A stretch of 64,000 nt of DNA from an uncultured Actinomycetota bacterium (GCA_963850215.1 CAWKKI010000006.1:137061-201060); one strand, 5' to 3'; positions 11,147-21,860 are shown, counted from the first letter of the stretch. The notes: generated from the letters alone by a model not told the origin. Made by a program: numbers and translations.

Positions 11147-11923
11147 ATGAGTGAATCCGTCGATGACCTGCGAGGTGTGTTCGCCCAGGTGTTCGCGAAG
11201 CCACCTTCCGAAGTCTCAGCACGGGTCTGGTCTGAGGTTTATGGCGACGAGTACCCCGCCGAGGTGCAGCCCTACAGCTACGTGTCGCGGTCGGAACTCG
11301 ACGTCTTCGTCGCCGAACTTGGAGTCGGCGTGGGTTCGACACTGGTCGACGTGGGGTGCGGCCATGGCGGACCCGGGCTGTGGGTGTGCGCGCGCACTGG
11401 CAGCGACCTCATCGGGATCGACATCTCCGAACCCGCCCTCACGGCGTCCCGCGATCGGGCACGCGGCCTCGGGCTGTCGGTCCATGCCTCCTACCGGCTC
11501 GGTGACTTCGGATCCCTACCTTTGGCCGATGGCGAGGCCGACGCGGTCATGAGCATCGACGCGCTGACCTTCGCCCAAGACAAGGCGCTGGCGGCACGCG
11601 AGCTGGCACGTGTGCTCCGTGCCGGGGGACGAGTGGTGCTGACCACGTGGGACTACCTGACGCAGCCGGAGAACAGGCCGCCGCAGGTTGATGACCACCG
11701 CCCACTCCTGATGGACGCCGGTTTCGACGTCCGGCGCTACGAGGAGACGGATCGTTGGCGGGAGCGTCAACGCGCCACCAACGCCTTGCTCCTGGACTCC
11801 ATCGACGAGCTGGCGGCCGAGGAAGGGTCGGACCCAGACGAGGTCCGGGAAGGTGTCCTCGACGTGGACCGCACCATCGACCACATGCTTCGCCGCGTCC
11901 TTATCGTTGCCGAGAAGCAATGA
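11147..11923 (+). CDS. Class I SAM-dependent methyltransferase
   Basis: Motif LVDVGCGHGGPG plus an acidic loop. The ATG is at 11147. Confidence 0.8.
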   Translation: MSESVDDLRGVFAQVFAKPPSEVSARVWSEVYGDEYPAEVQPYSYVSRSELDVFVAELGVGVGSTLVDVGCGHGGPGLWVCARTGSDLIGIDISEPALTASRDRARGLGLSVHASYRLGDFGSLPLADGEADAVMSIDALTFAQDKALAARELARVLRAGGRVVLTTWDYLTQPENRPPQVDDHRPLLMDAGFDVRRYEETDRWRERQRATNALLLDSIDELAAEEGSDPDEVREGVLDVDRTIDHMLRRVLIVAEKQ

Positions 11924-12059
11924 GATAGCCCGGTGACCAACAGGTCGTGCATTGATTCGGTGTGGCCGCGGCAGAACTTGTCTAGCGCCCGCATCGAAGT
12001 GCCTTCGCGGTTGGACCGGATCAGGGTTCGTATGGCCTGAACGCTGTTAGCGTCGGAAG

Positions 12060-12865
12060 GTGACCGAGTCGCTGAAGATTGCCGTGGTGACTGGAGCGAG
12101 TCGCGGTATCGGGCGGGTCTTGACCGAGCGGCTCACATCCCGGGGCAGTCGGGTGGTCGCGATCGGTCGCTCGCGCGAGCAACTAGATGAACTGTCGGCT
12201 CGTACAGGTGCATTCCCGTTGGTTGTCGACGTGGCAGATGCGTCAGCGGTATCCCAGGCATGGGCACGGATAGAGGCGGACGTCGGTGTTCCGGACCTCC
12301 TGGTCAATAACGCGGGGGTCGCTGGATCCAGCGACCCTACGTGGGAACAGGAACCGGCGGATTGGTGGCGCGTGTTCGAAGTTAACGTGTTAGGGACCTT
12401 CCTGATGAGCCGCGGTGCCCTGCCCTCGATGGTTCGTGCGGGTGGCGGGCGCATCGTGAACCTGTCATCGAACGCCGCGTTCTACCCAATCGAGGCCGAA
12501 GACGACTGGGGCGTCGATTCGGCCTACATGGCCAGCAAGTCAGCGGTGATCCGGTTTACCGAAGCCCTGGCGGGTGAGGTGGCGCGCCACGATATTTCCG
12601 TGTTCGCAATTTCACCAGGCATGGTCAAGACCGACATGACGCAACGTGTCTTCGCCCAATACTGGGACGATCCAGAGCCCTGGACTTCTCCCGAGGTGAC
12701 AGCCGACCTGGTCGAGTTCATCGCCTCCGGCGCACTGACGAACTGTCCGGCCGCTACATCCACGCCGCCATGGACGACTGGCGGGCGCTGAGTAACCAGG
12801 CTGCTGACGTGATCTCGAACGACTGGTACTCGCTGCGCGTCCGCACCCGGTTGAGCGAGCACTAA
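12060..12865 (+). pseudogene. Short-chain dehydrogenase/reductase (SDR). The C-terminus is frameshifted by a 1-nt deletion near 12735.
   Basis: TGASRGIG Rossmann motif and a YMASK active site. The alternate frame continues ALDELSGRYIHAAMDDWRAL...SEH to the stop at 12863-12865. Confidence 0.8.
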
Positions 12866-12963
12866 CGGCACTTCTTCGGTGTCAGGCGCAGGGAAACTGT
12901 GGCTTCAAGTGCTGTCGTCTCGCTGTGCCTGAGTAGGCCGGTGGACTTATCGAAGCCCGGGAA

Positions 12964-14058
12964 GTGCCGTTCGAGCCCGGTTACAGGCAGCAGGATGTTC
13001 TCGTGTCGGATGCGCTGATCAGAGTCACCGGCCGTGGTCTGCCGGATGGGGAACCGGTGCGCCTGGTGGCCTTGAACGGTCGATGGGCGAGGGAGGCACC
13101 CACAGGTGCGGGCGTCGAGGTGTCGGGGTGGATCCTGCCTGGGCTCGTCGACGTGCACACCCATCCGGGAGCGCACGAGCCCGGCGACGAGTTCGACGAG
13201 GATCTCCTCCGGGCCGAGATGAACTTGGCGGTTGACCTCGGTGTCCTGGCCGTTCGTTCGCCGGGTCTTGCCGGAGATCCGCCGGATTGGTTTGGCAACG
13301 ACCCAGACCTGCCCGCGGCGGTGCACGCGGGTCCATGGATGGCTCGTCCCGGCCACTTCTTCGACGGATGGGGACTGCGGGTCAGCGACGAGGACTTCCC
13401 TCAGTTAGCCGCCGCGCAGGCCGCCCGCACGGGGTGGTGCAAGGTGATCGGTGACTGGGGACCCGATGACGAACCGGTCCCGCAGGCGGTGATGACTGCG
13501 ATCGCCGAGGCGGTTCACGCATCTGGCGGACGCGTCGCCGTCCACACTCAGCACGCGGCAGGGAGTCGTGCCGCCGTCCAGGCGGGCGTCGACTCGCTGG
13601 AGCACGGGGTGCGACTCGAGCGTGCGCTGCTGGATGAGATGCGCCTTCGGGGCACAGTGCTCGTGCCTACGCTTCGGGTGTTCCAGGACGTTCTTGCCAC
13701 TCTGGCGACGGCAGCGCCGACTCCCCGGCGCGATTGGTCGATCGAGGGAGCCTCGGGTCACGCGGGCCTTGTGGGCGCGGCTTACGACGCCGGAGTCCGG
13801 ATCCTTGCCGGGACCGACTCACGCGAGATCTCTATCGTGGACGAGGTCAAGGCTCTCGCCGCCGCGGGGATGTCGAACACGGCGGCGATCGGGGCCGCGT
13901 CGTGGAGCGCTCGCGACTTCCTGGGCTTGTCGGATTGGAGCGAAGCGTCGGCTGATGCAACCATCTACGACGTCGACCCGAGAACCGATCTCGAGGTCCT
14001 GGCCCATCCCCACTGGGTCATCAGGAACGGCCGGCTTCTCCGGCCGATTGGTCAGTAG
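12964..14058 (+). CDS. Amidohydrolase family metal-dependent hydrolase
   Basis: An HxH-type metal-binding region (LVDVHTHPG) and downstream His/Asp residues (VHTQHAAG, LEHG, GTDS). Confidence 0.8.
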   Translation: MPFEPGYRQQDVLVSDALIRVTGRGLPDGEPVRLVALNGRWAREAPTGAGVEVSGWILPGLVDVHTHPGAHEPGDEFDEDLLRAEMNLAVDLGVLAVRSPGLAGDPPDWFGNDPDLPAAVHAGPWMARPGHFFDGWGLRVSDEDFPQLAAAQAARTGWCKVIGDWGPDDEPVPQAVMTAIAEAVHASGGRVAVHTQHAAGSRAAVQAGVDSLEHGVRLERALLDEMRLRGTVLVPTLRVFQDVLATLATAAPTPRRDWSIEGASGHAGLVGAAYDAGVRILAGTDSREISIVDEVKALAAAGMSNTAAIGAASWSARDFLGLSDWSEASADATIYDVDPRTDLEVLAHPHWVIRNGRLLRPIGQ

Positions 14059-14259
14059 GCCCCGCGGCCGGACCGATGTGTCGATGTGGCTTGGCGCCGG
14101 ACGCGCACTCCCTTACTTGAGTTCAAGTAGCAACACTTTTCGACGTGAGTTAGAGACGACCGGCTACCGCACTGGGAGCGACCCCACGTTTCGTAAATCC
14201 GTCCCCGCCGATATTTCCGGCATTCGCGAGCACTTGGGAGAGCAAGGCATGATCGTCGC

Positions 14260-14544
14260 GTGGGCACCGTCGTCGCCGTGGTTGGTTCGCGTGTCGAGGC
14301 AGAGATGATGGTCGGCATGCTGCAAGGTCACGGCATCCACGCGATCGTCTCGGGCGACGACGTCGGCGGTATAGACCTGGCGCTTCAGGCGCAAGGTGTT
14401 CGCGTGCTGGTTCCGGGTGCCCAGGCGGATGAGGCACGCCACCTCCTGGGACGGGATCAGGAGGACAAGGCCGGGGGCCGGGAACCGAACGCGTTTCAGC
14501 GGTGGGTCCTCCGCGTACTCGGTGGATCGACGCCACGCTCGTAA
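14260..14544 (+). CDS. DUF2007-like small protein (putative signal-transducing protein fold)
   Basis: 94 aa with a VVAVVGSRVEAEMMVGMLQGHGIHAIVSGDD...VRVLVPGAQADEARHLL pattern. GTG start. Confidence 0.5.
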   Translation: MGTVVAVVGSRVEAEMMVGMLQGHGIHAIVSGDDVGGIDLALQAQGVRVLVPGAQADEARHLLGRDQEDKAGGREPNAFQRWVLRVLGGSTPRS

Positions 14545-14654
14545 CGGTGTGCAACCCCACGTCGTTAATACATCCCCAACGGAGTCAGGCGTGCCCTGGT
14601 GGCTCCGGCTGGTTCGGCATCAACTTGTGTGCTTTCGGGTGCATGCGTTCTGAG

Positions 14655-15074
14655 CTAAGGAAGGTCAGCGCTAGTCGGCAGCAGTTCGATTTCGATCCCC
14701 ACCTCAGGAGGCTGGGGCTTGCGTCGTAGCTTGTTCGACAGGTCTCCAAAGACCTGGAACACGCGGTACTCCGCTTTGTACTTGGCCTTCAGTCGGCTCT
14801 GGGCATTGCGGGTCTGCTGCGGGTCGAGCAACCGCGCCCGACCGGGCACATCCGGCGCCGAACCGCGACCCCGCCAGTCACTCGGCGCGATCGCCACCCG
14901 CTCATCGCTTCGAAGCCGCGCAACCTTCCCGGACGTTGCCTGCGTGTAGACGTAGATGCGATCGCCGTCACGGGTCACCCACACCGGCGTCGGCACCGGG
15001 GTGCCATCAGCCCGAAACGTGGTGAAGCGCACATATCTCGACGCTCCGATTCGGGCCAAATCCGGATGGGACAT
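14655..15074 (-). CDS. PPOX-class (pyridoxamine 5'-phosphate oxidase-like) F420/FMN-binding protein
   Basis: 139 aa reading ASRYVRFTTFRADGTPVPTPVWVTRDGDRIYVYTQATSGKVARLR, a typical PPOX split-barrel signature. Confidence 0.75.
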   Translation of the reverse strand: MSHPDLARIGASRYVRFTTFRADGTPVPTPVWVTRDGDRIYVYTQATSGKVARLRSDERVAIAPSDWRGRGSAPDVPGRARLLDPQQTRNAQSRLKAKYKAEYRVFQVFGDLSNKLRRKPQPPEVGIEIELLPTSADLP

Positions 15075-15244
15075 CGCCCCAACCTAGCGCCCCTCGCGAT
15101 CCCAGCCGGTGCCGAGTCAAGTACCCCACCAGCGCGCGAACTTCCGGTTGATGCTTTTCGCCGCGGCGGTAATGCCCGCCTGAACTCTGATTGGAATTGC
15201 TCTTGGGAGCCAGAAGATCAGCAACGCAGCCTGTGTCGCACTTC

Positions 15245-15862
15245 TCAACGCGCCGGTCGGAGCATGCCGGTGATCGGCGGGCTGTCGCTACCGATCGTGA
15301 ACGCCTCGCGCTCATCGAATCCGAAGTGCTTGTAAAGACTGATGTTGGCGGGCTTGGTGACTTCGAGATACGTCGGCATTGATGTCGCATCTACGCGACT
15401 CAGGCCGTGCCGCAGGAGCGCACCACCAACTCCGTTGCCGTGATGTCCTGGATCGACACTGATCGTGCCGAGGTACCAATGCGGTTCGCTCGGTACGTGC
15501 GCATCGAGCACCTCCTACGGCCGGGAGGGTCTTTGCGCCTTTGTCGTATGTGCTCGCCTGCATGCGCTCGGTGAATGCTCGCTGGCGCGTCTCGTCCCAG
15601 TCGGTGACGCCGGGCTCGATCCACAACGCGCCCCCAAGCAATGCGCCGGACTCGTCGACTGCGATGTCAACGATCGCCGGTGTTCAGCGCGTTGACAGTC
15701 CAGAAGTTGTAGAACGCATGCGAGCCCCGCGCGACCAGCATCAGCCGCGACCGTGCCATCGCCGAACATCCACTCGATCATCGGATCGCCGGTGAATGCG
15801 GCGACTTCACAATCGGTCAGCGCATCCGCGTCCGCGACGACACCCGCCCGGATCGTCACCAT
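15245..15862 (-). pseudogene. GNAT family N-acetyltransferase, frameshifted near 15515-15540.
   Basis: The N-terminal piece is 15515..15862 (MVTIRAGVVADADALTDCEVAAFTGDPMIEWMF...). The C-terminal piece is 15245..15511 and contains the GNAT motif (WYLGTISVDPGHHGNGVGGALLRH). Confidence 0.75.
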
Positions 15863-16827
15863 GACAGTGCTCCCGCGATCAGTAACGGCCGCCGACCGGG
15901 GCGGGCACGGCGGCCAGTTCGGCCATGTCCTGCGTCCGTCAGCACGATGTCGGCAGCGCCGACGTTCTGCTCAAGGTACGTGCGGCGCTTGGTCCCGGGG
16001 ATCGGGATCACGACCGGCGAGATGGCGAGATCCCACGCGAGCGCGATTTGGCCCGGCAGGCACCCGTGCCGTTCCGCGACCGCGCGAACCACATCAACGA
16101 TTCGTTGATTGGCATCCATAGCTTCAGGTGTGAACCGCGGGTTCGCGTTGCGCCAGTCGTCGTCGCTCAACGATTGCGTCGAGACAGCGCCGGTCAGGAT
16201 AGCCACGACCCAAGAGGCGAGTAGGCGAGGTAGGCGATCGAGTTCTCGGTGCAGTAAGCGAGCACGCTGTCCACCCAGTCGTGGGTCCAGAGTGAGAGCT
16301 CCGACTGCACGCTCGCAACCGGATGCACAGACTGCGCCGCGCGGAACTGGTCGACCGTGACTTCGGACAGCCCGATCTCGCGCACCTTGCCGGCCTGCTT
16401 CAACTCGGCAAAGGCGCCCCACGTCTCCTCGATCGGCACTCGAGCGTCGACGCGGTGGTACTGGTACAGGTCGATCACGTCAACGCCAAGTCGCTGCAAC
16501 GATGCATCGCAACTCGACTTGACGTAGTCGGGGCGACCGATGATCTCGCGGTTGCGCGTCATCGTCGTCGTAGTGAATGCCGCACTTCGTGGCAAGGACT
16601 ACCTCGTCGCGTCGGCCGGCCAACGCGCGTCCGACGAGGATCTCGTTGGTGTACGGGCCGTACACATCGGAGGTGTCGATGAGTCGCACTCCGATGTCGA
16701 TCGCATGTCGGATCACGTCGATCGACTGCGCGTCGTCCTGCTGTTCGGGGTTGTACAGCCACGACATGCCCATGCAGCCGAGGCCGATCGCCGACGATTC
16801 CAACGTTCCAATTGCTCGCGTCTCCAT
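15856..16827 (-). pseudogene. Aldo/keto reductase, split into three frames by indels near 16570 and 16195.
   Basis: The pieces are 16480..16827 (METRAIGTLESSAIGLGCMGMS...DVYGPYTNE), 16194..16595 (…DLYQYHRVD…) and 15856..16422 (…IPIPGTKRRTYLEQN). Confidence 0.8.
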
Positions 16828-16870
16828 GCGAACACTCTAGGCAGACGCAGCGGTCGGTAAGGTCGCGCCC

Positions 16871-17801
16871 GTGACCGCTGCACCCCGCCTCGCGATGCTG
16901 CCGTGGCCGCGATGCCGACGAGGCGCTCGGGGGCATCCCCGCCTGGTATCGAGGTCGCGGTATTCGACGGCGTCGGGACTGCCGCCTCCCAACGAGGCCG
17001 AGCGAGTCGAGTTCTACGTGCCGCAGTACATGGGCACCGCCGACAGCCTGGAGGCCATGCGCGCGATGCCCGCGCTTGCGGGTAGTGCAGACGCTGACCG
17101 CGGGCGTCGACAACGTGTGGCCGTACCTGCCCGAAGGCGTGACCTTGTGCAACGCCAAGGGCGTCCATGACGCCAGCACTGCGGAACTCGTTGTCGGGCT
17201 GATGATCGCGAGCCTGCGGCACTTTCCCGAGTTCGTGCGCGCGCAAGAAAGCGGCGAGTGGACATACGGGCGCTATCAAGCGCTGGCCGACAAGCGCGTG
17301 CTCATCGTCGGATACGGGTCGGTGGGCCATGCAATTGCGTCGCGACTTGCTGGTTTCGAGGTCGAAGTGGTCGCGGTCGCACGGACAGCGCGCGACGACA
17401 TCCACGGCTACGACGAGTTGGACTCGCTGCTTCCGACCGCGGACGTGGTCGTGCTCGTGTGTCCGTTGACCGACGAGACTCGCGGGATGGTCGACTCAGC
17501 GTTTTTGGCTCGGCTGAAAGACGGCGCGCTTTTGGTCAATGCGTCGCGCGGGCCGGTCGTCGTTACTGACGATCTGCTCAAAGAAGTGACCAACGAGCGG
17601 ATCCGTGCGGCTCTCGATGTCACCGACCCTGAGCCGCTGCCGCCCGACCACCCGCTGTGGCGCGCGCCCGGTGTGCTGATCAGTCCGCACGTCGGCGGCA
17701 ACACCTCGGCGTTCCTGCCGCGCGCACAACGCCTCGTCGCAGCTCAGCTTCGTCGATTCGCGACCGGCGAGCCCCTTGAGAACGTGATGGTGCGGCCGTG
17801 A
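16871..17801 (+). pseudogene. D-isomer-specific 2-hydroxyacid dehydrogenase (NAD-binding). The N-terminal 70 codons are broken by about three indels (near 16905, 16975, 17085).
   Basis: The 17076..17801 frame carries GYGSVGHAIASRL, an ASRGPVV stretch and the catalytic His region (LISPHVGG). Upstream fragments in two other frames give the conserved N-terminal motifs (...EVAVFDGVG..., ...EAERVEFYVPQYMGTADSLEAMRAMPAL). Confidence 0.75.
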
Positions 17802-18922
17802 TCACTCGTTCCGTCGTCGTGCGCGAGCTCGGTGTCGCGGCTCCCTTCAGCGACAGCCGCCCGCTGCTCGTCGAGTCGCTCGAGCTCGATGCTCCGGGTT
17901 CCGGCGAGGTACTTGTGCGGGTGCGCGCCGCTGGGCTGTGCCATTCCGATCTGTCGGTGATCAACGGGGATCGTCCGCGACCAGTCCCGATGGCCTTGGG
18001 CCATGAAGCTGCGGGCGAAGTGCTCGCCGTCGGCGACGGGGTCACCACGGTGGGCGTCGGCGATCACGTCGTAATGGTGTTCGTGCCCTCGTGCGGGGCG
18101 TGCGGCCCGTGTCAGGAGGGCCGACCTGCGTTGTGCGAATCAGGAGCGGCCGCCAACACGGCGGGGACTTTGCTCTCTGGTCATCGGCGGCTGCGCGATG
18201 CGTCTGGCGCGCCGGTGCACCACCACCTCGGCTGTTCGGCGTGGGGTGAGTACGCGGTCGTGTCGGCGCATTCGCTGGTGCGCATCGATGCCGACTTGCC
18301 CTTCGAAGAGGCCGCGCTCTTCGGGTGCGCGGTGCTTACTGGTGTCGGTGCGGTGGTCAACGGCGCCCAGGTGCGGGCGGGCCAGAGCGTTGCGATCGTC
18401 GGTCTGGGCGGGATCGGCCTGAGCGCACTTCTGGGGGCGGTTGCGTCGGGTGCGCGCGAGATCCTGGTCGTCGACGTGGTCGAGGAGAAGCTCGCCCTGG
18501 CCAAGGAACTCGGAGCCACGCACGCGTTACTCGCCGGTCCCGAAGTCGCCGAGCAGATCAAGTCGCTTACCCGCGGCGGTGTAGACGCCGCGATCGAGAC
18601 GGCCGGTTCGACCGCCGCACTCGAGACTGCGTACCGGGCCACTCGGCGCGGCGGCACGACCGTGACGGTCGGACTTCCGAGCCCGAAGGCCGAATGGTCG
18701 GTGGCACCCGTACACCTAGTTGCCGAGGAACGCACGCTGAAAGGCTCGTACCTCGGATCGTCCGTGCCGTTGCGCGACATCCCGCGCTACATCGGTCTGT
18801 ATCGCGCGGGTCGGCTGCCGATCGACCGGCTCGTTGGCGAGCGGATCGGGCTGGATGAGATCAACGAAGGTATGGACCATCTCGCCAGCGGCCACCACTT
18901 GCGTCAGGTGCTCGTGCCATGA
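17798..18922 (+). CDS. Zn-dependent alcohol dehydrogenase (MDR family)
   Basis: GLCHSDLSVINGDRP, the GHEAAGEV zinc site, and a GLGGIGL Rossmann motif. The start overlaps the upstream stop (GTGA). Confidence 0.9.
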   Translation: MITRSVVVRELGVAAPFSDSRPLLVESLELDAPGSGEVLVRVRAAGLCHSDLSVINGDRPRPVPMALGHEAAGEVLAVGDGVTTVGVGDHVVMVFVPSCGACGPCQEGRPALCESGAAANTAGTLLSGHRRLRDASGAPVHHHLGCSAWGEYAVVSAHSLVRIDADLPFEEAALFGCAVLTGVGAVVNGAQVRAGQSVAIVGLGGIGLSALLGAVASGAREILVVDVVEEKLALAKELGATHALLAGPEVAEQIKSLTRGGVDAAIETAGSTAALETAYRATRRGGTTVTVGLPSPKAEWSVAPVHLVAEERTLKGSYLGSSVPLRDIPRYIGLYRAGRLPIDRLVGERIGLDEINEGMDHLASGHHLRQVLVP

Positions 18923-19362
18923 GCGATCGCACTCCGGTCACCGAGACGCGCGCGGACTATCGGCACTGGCTGCGCATCCCGACTCGTTGGATGGACAACG
19001 ACACCTACGGGCATGTCAACAACGTGACGTACTACTCCTACTTCGATTCGCTCATCAACGAACACCTGATTCGCTCGGGTGGGCTCGATATTCACGACGG
19101 GCCGATCGTCGGCATGGTGGCCGAGACCGGATGCCGGTTCCTGCGCGAACTGAGCTTCCCCGATGTCATCGACGCGGGACTGCGAGTCGCGCATCTGGGG
19201 CGTTCGTCGGTGCGCTACGAGATCGGGCTCTTCGTGGAGGGATCCGACGATCCGAGTGCGGTCGGGCACTTCGTTCACGTCTTCGTGGACCGTGAGACTC
19301 GACGGCCGATCGATCTGCCGGTCGCGATCCGCGGCTGCCTCGAACCCCTGCTCGTCGGCTAG
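18919..19362 (+). CDS. Acyl-CoA thioesterase (hotdog fold, 4HBT/YbgC-like)
   Basis: 147 aa with a ...DNDTYGHVNNVTYYSYFD motif. The start overlaps the ADH stop (ATGA), so it is likely co-transcribed. Confidence 0.8.
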   Translation: MSDRTPVTETRADYRHWLRIPTRWMDNDTYGHVNNVTYYSYFDSLINEHLIRSGGLDIHDGPIVGMVAETGCRFLRELSFPDVIDAGLRVAHLGRSSVRYEIGLFVEGSDDPSAVGHFVHVFVDRETRRPIDLPVAIRGCLEPLLVG

Positions 19363-19450
19363 TCCCGTCCCAGGGCTGTCAGTGCTTCGTTGACCTATGG
19401 CGTCACGAGGCACCGACAGTGGAGGTGGGGGCGTCGTTATCCTGACGAGC

Positions 19451-21158
19451 ATGAGCCCCAGCACAACGACTCCAAGTGCATCTACTCCCGACATCAAGCC
19501 GCACAGCCGTGCAGTCACCGACGGCGTAGAGCGAGCCGCCGCGCGCGGGATGCTGCGCGCGGTCGGGATGGGCGACGACGACTGGGAGAAGCCGCAGATC
19601 GGGGTTGCCTCGTCGTGGAACGAGATCACCCCCTGCAACCTCAGCCTCGACCGGCTCGCCGACGCGGCGAAAGACGGCGTCTTCCAGGGCGGCGGCTTCC
19701 CCCTGGAGTTCGGCACAATCTCGGTGTCCGATGGCATCTCGATGGGGCACGAGGGCATGCACTTCTCGTTGGTCTCACGCGAAGTGATCGCGGACAGCGT
19801 CGAGACGGTCTTCGGCGCCGAGCGACTCGACGGGGCAGTGCTGCTCGCCGGGTGCGACAAGTCGTTGCCCGGAATGCTCATGGCCGCCGCGCGCCTCGAT
19901 GTCGCCGCGGTCTTCCTTTACGCGGGTTCGACGTCTGCCGGGTCACGTCGGCGATCGCGACGTCACGATCATCGACGCATTCGAAGGCGTTGGTGCTTGC
20001 GTGCGCGGACTCATCACTCGCGACGAGCTCGACGACATCGAGCGCGCGATCTGTCCCGGCGAGGGCGCGTGCGGCGGCATGTTCACCGCCAACACGATGG
20101 CGTCTGCAGCCGAAGCACTCGGCATGTCGCTGCCCGGCTCGGCCGCTCCACCTGCAGTGGATCGCCGCCGCGACGGATACGCGCGGAAGAGCGGTGAGGC
20201 AGTCGTCGAGATGCTGCGCCAAGGTCTCACCGCGCGATCGATCCTTACTCGCGAGGCGTTCGAAAATGCGATCGCCGTCGTCATGGCGCTTGGCGGTTCA
20301 ACGAATGCGGTGCTGCACCTGCTTGCCATCGCCAACGAGGCCGAGGTGCCGCTCGATCTCGACGACTTCAACCGGGTGGGCGACCGGGTGCCGCACTTGG
20401 CGGACGTGAAGCCGTTTGGTCGCTTCGTGATGAGTGACGTGGACCGGGTCGGCGGCGTTCCGGTCGTCATGAAGGCGCTGCTTGATGCAGGCCTGCTGCA
20501 CGGTGACGCAATGACGGTGACCGGCAAGACGCTGGCCGAGAACCTGGCCGCGATCAATCCGCCCGATCCCGACGGAGAGATCCTGCGAGCGCTCGACAAG
20601 CCGATCCACGCCACCGGCGGGCTGAGCATTCTGCGTGGCTCGCTCGCACCCGACGGCGCTGTGGTGAAGACGGCCGGCTTCGACCTCGATGTCTTCGAGG
20701 GGCGCGCGCGCGTCTTCGACCGCGAACGTGCAGCCCTTGACGCGTTGGAGGCTGGCACCATCGAGGCCGGCGATGTCGTGGTCATTCGCTGGGAAGGACC
20801 CAAGGGCGGGCCTGGGATGCGCGAGATGCTGGCGATCACCAGTGCAATCAAGGGCGCCGGGCTGGGTAAGGACGTGCTCCTGCTCACGGACGGTCGCTTC
20901 TCCGGCGGGACAACGGGTCTGTGCATCGGACACATCGCCCCCGAGGCTGCCGATAGCGGCCCGATCGCGTTCGTGGCCGACGGCGATCGCATTCGCGTCG
21001 ACATTGCTGGGCGTTCGTTGGATCTGCTGGTCGACGAGTCCGAGCTCGCAGCGCGCCGCGAGTCCTGGCGGCCGCTCCCGCATCGCTGGACGCGTGGGGT
21101 GCTCGCCAAGTACACGAAGCTCGTCGGCTCAGCCGCCGAAGGCGCCGTCTGCGGCTAA
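19451..21158 (+). pseudogene. ilvD: Dihydroxy-acid dehydratase, with a 1-nt indel near 19930. Possible sequencing error.
   Basis: The N-terminal frame (…[23 protein letters not shown]…[26 protein letters not shown]) and the C-terminal frame ([20 protein letters not shown]…[18 protein letters not shown]… to the end) together give a full-length IlvD. Confidence 0.9.
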
Positions 21159-21243
21159 TCGTTCGCCCACCAACTGCCGCACTGTCTGGCATTCGTGGCG
21201 CTATAACGCGTTCGGCGCCGGACAGTGCGCCTGGATCGACGGA

Positions 21244-21597
21244 TCAGCCGAGGCCGAGGTCGTTCATCTTCGTTGCAATGAGCAACGTGATCAGCGACTG
21301 GGGCAACGGTGCGTCCATCGCAAAGTGCAGCGCCGACTTCGTTTGCTCGTAAGCCCGCGTCTCGTCGGCCACCGCCGCGAGCACCGAACCGCTGTGCGGC
21401 AAGTAGCTCAAGTGATTCTTGAACGCGGCGAAGCCCGCGACGACCTTGCCACCGACCTTGAACGCGGGAACCTTGTAGGACAGGGTCTGCTCCGCGTTGG
21501 GAATCACGTGCAGGATGCGACGGCGCATTTCTTCGAGAGTCGAGCGCCCCGGCTCGTTGACTGAAGCCAGGTAGCGGTCGATCTCGGAAGCGCTCAC
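21244..21597 (-). CDS. DUF1801 (YdhG-like) domain protein
   Basis: 117 aa reading ...YKVPAFKVGGKVVAGFAAFKNHLSYLPHSGSVL... Confidence 0.65.
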   Translation of the reverse strand: MSASEIDRYLASVNEPGRSTLEEMRRRILHVIPNAEQTLSYKVPAFKVGGKVVAGFAAFKNHLSYLPHSGSVLAAVADETRAYEQTKSALHFAMDAPLPQSLITLLIATKMNDLGLG

Positions 21598-21717
21598 CGT
21601 GCAACGCTACGACGCAACGGGCCGGGCCGCTTTGCAAGGAAGGGAAGTACTGTCCGCATGTTGAGACGCCGGTCTCGAAACCTTGACCATCGAAGGCGCG
21701 TCGGCGACGCTAAGCGG

Positions 21718-21759
21718 GTGCACTTTCGTACCCTCGTACTTGATGAGCGCGCTGGCTGA
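21718..21759 (+). promoter_or_regulatory. Putative ilvB leader peptide ([13 protein letters not shown]). The alternative in-frame ATG at 21658 would give 33 aa.
   Basis: A short ORF with a Thr-Leu-Val-Leu codon run sits about 20 nt upstream of a terminator hairpin and about 100 nt upstream of ilvB. This resembles the ilvB leaders of Streptomyces and Corynebacterium. Confidence 0.45.
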
Positions 21760-21776
21760 CACTCAGCCCGCGCGCA

Positions 21777-21810
21777 CCCTCCGTTTGCCCTAGGGCACGG
21801 GGGGTTTTTT
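21777..21810 (+). terminator. ilvB attenuator/terminator: a GC-rich stem followed by T6.
   Basis: ccctccg…(inner tgccc/gggca stem)…cgggggg followed by tttttt. It lies 50 nt upstream of the ilvB ATG. Confidence 0.55.
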
Positions 21811-21860
21811 GTTGCGAGACATTTTCTTGCCGATCCACCTGCGAAGACGAAGGACAGACC

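Noticed and set aside
13568-14308. 246-aa plus-strand ORF overlapping the amidohydrolase 3' half
   Set aside because: It is out of frame with the conserved amidohydrolase reading frame and Arg/Ser-rich with no features.
19943-21115. 390-aa minus-strand ORF
   Set aside because: It is antisense to ilvD.
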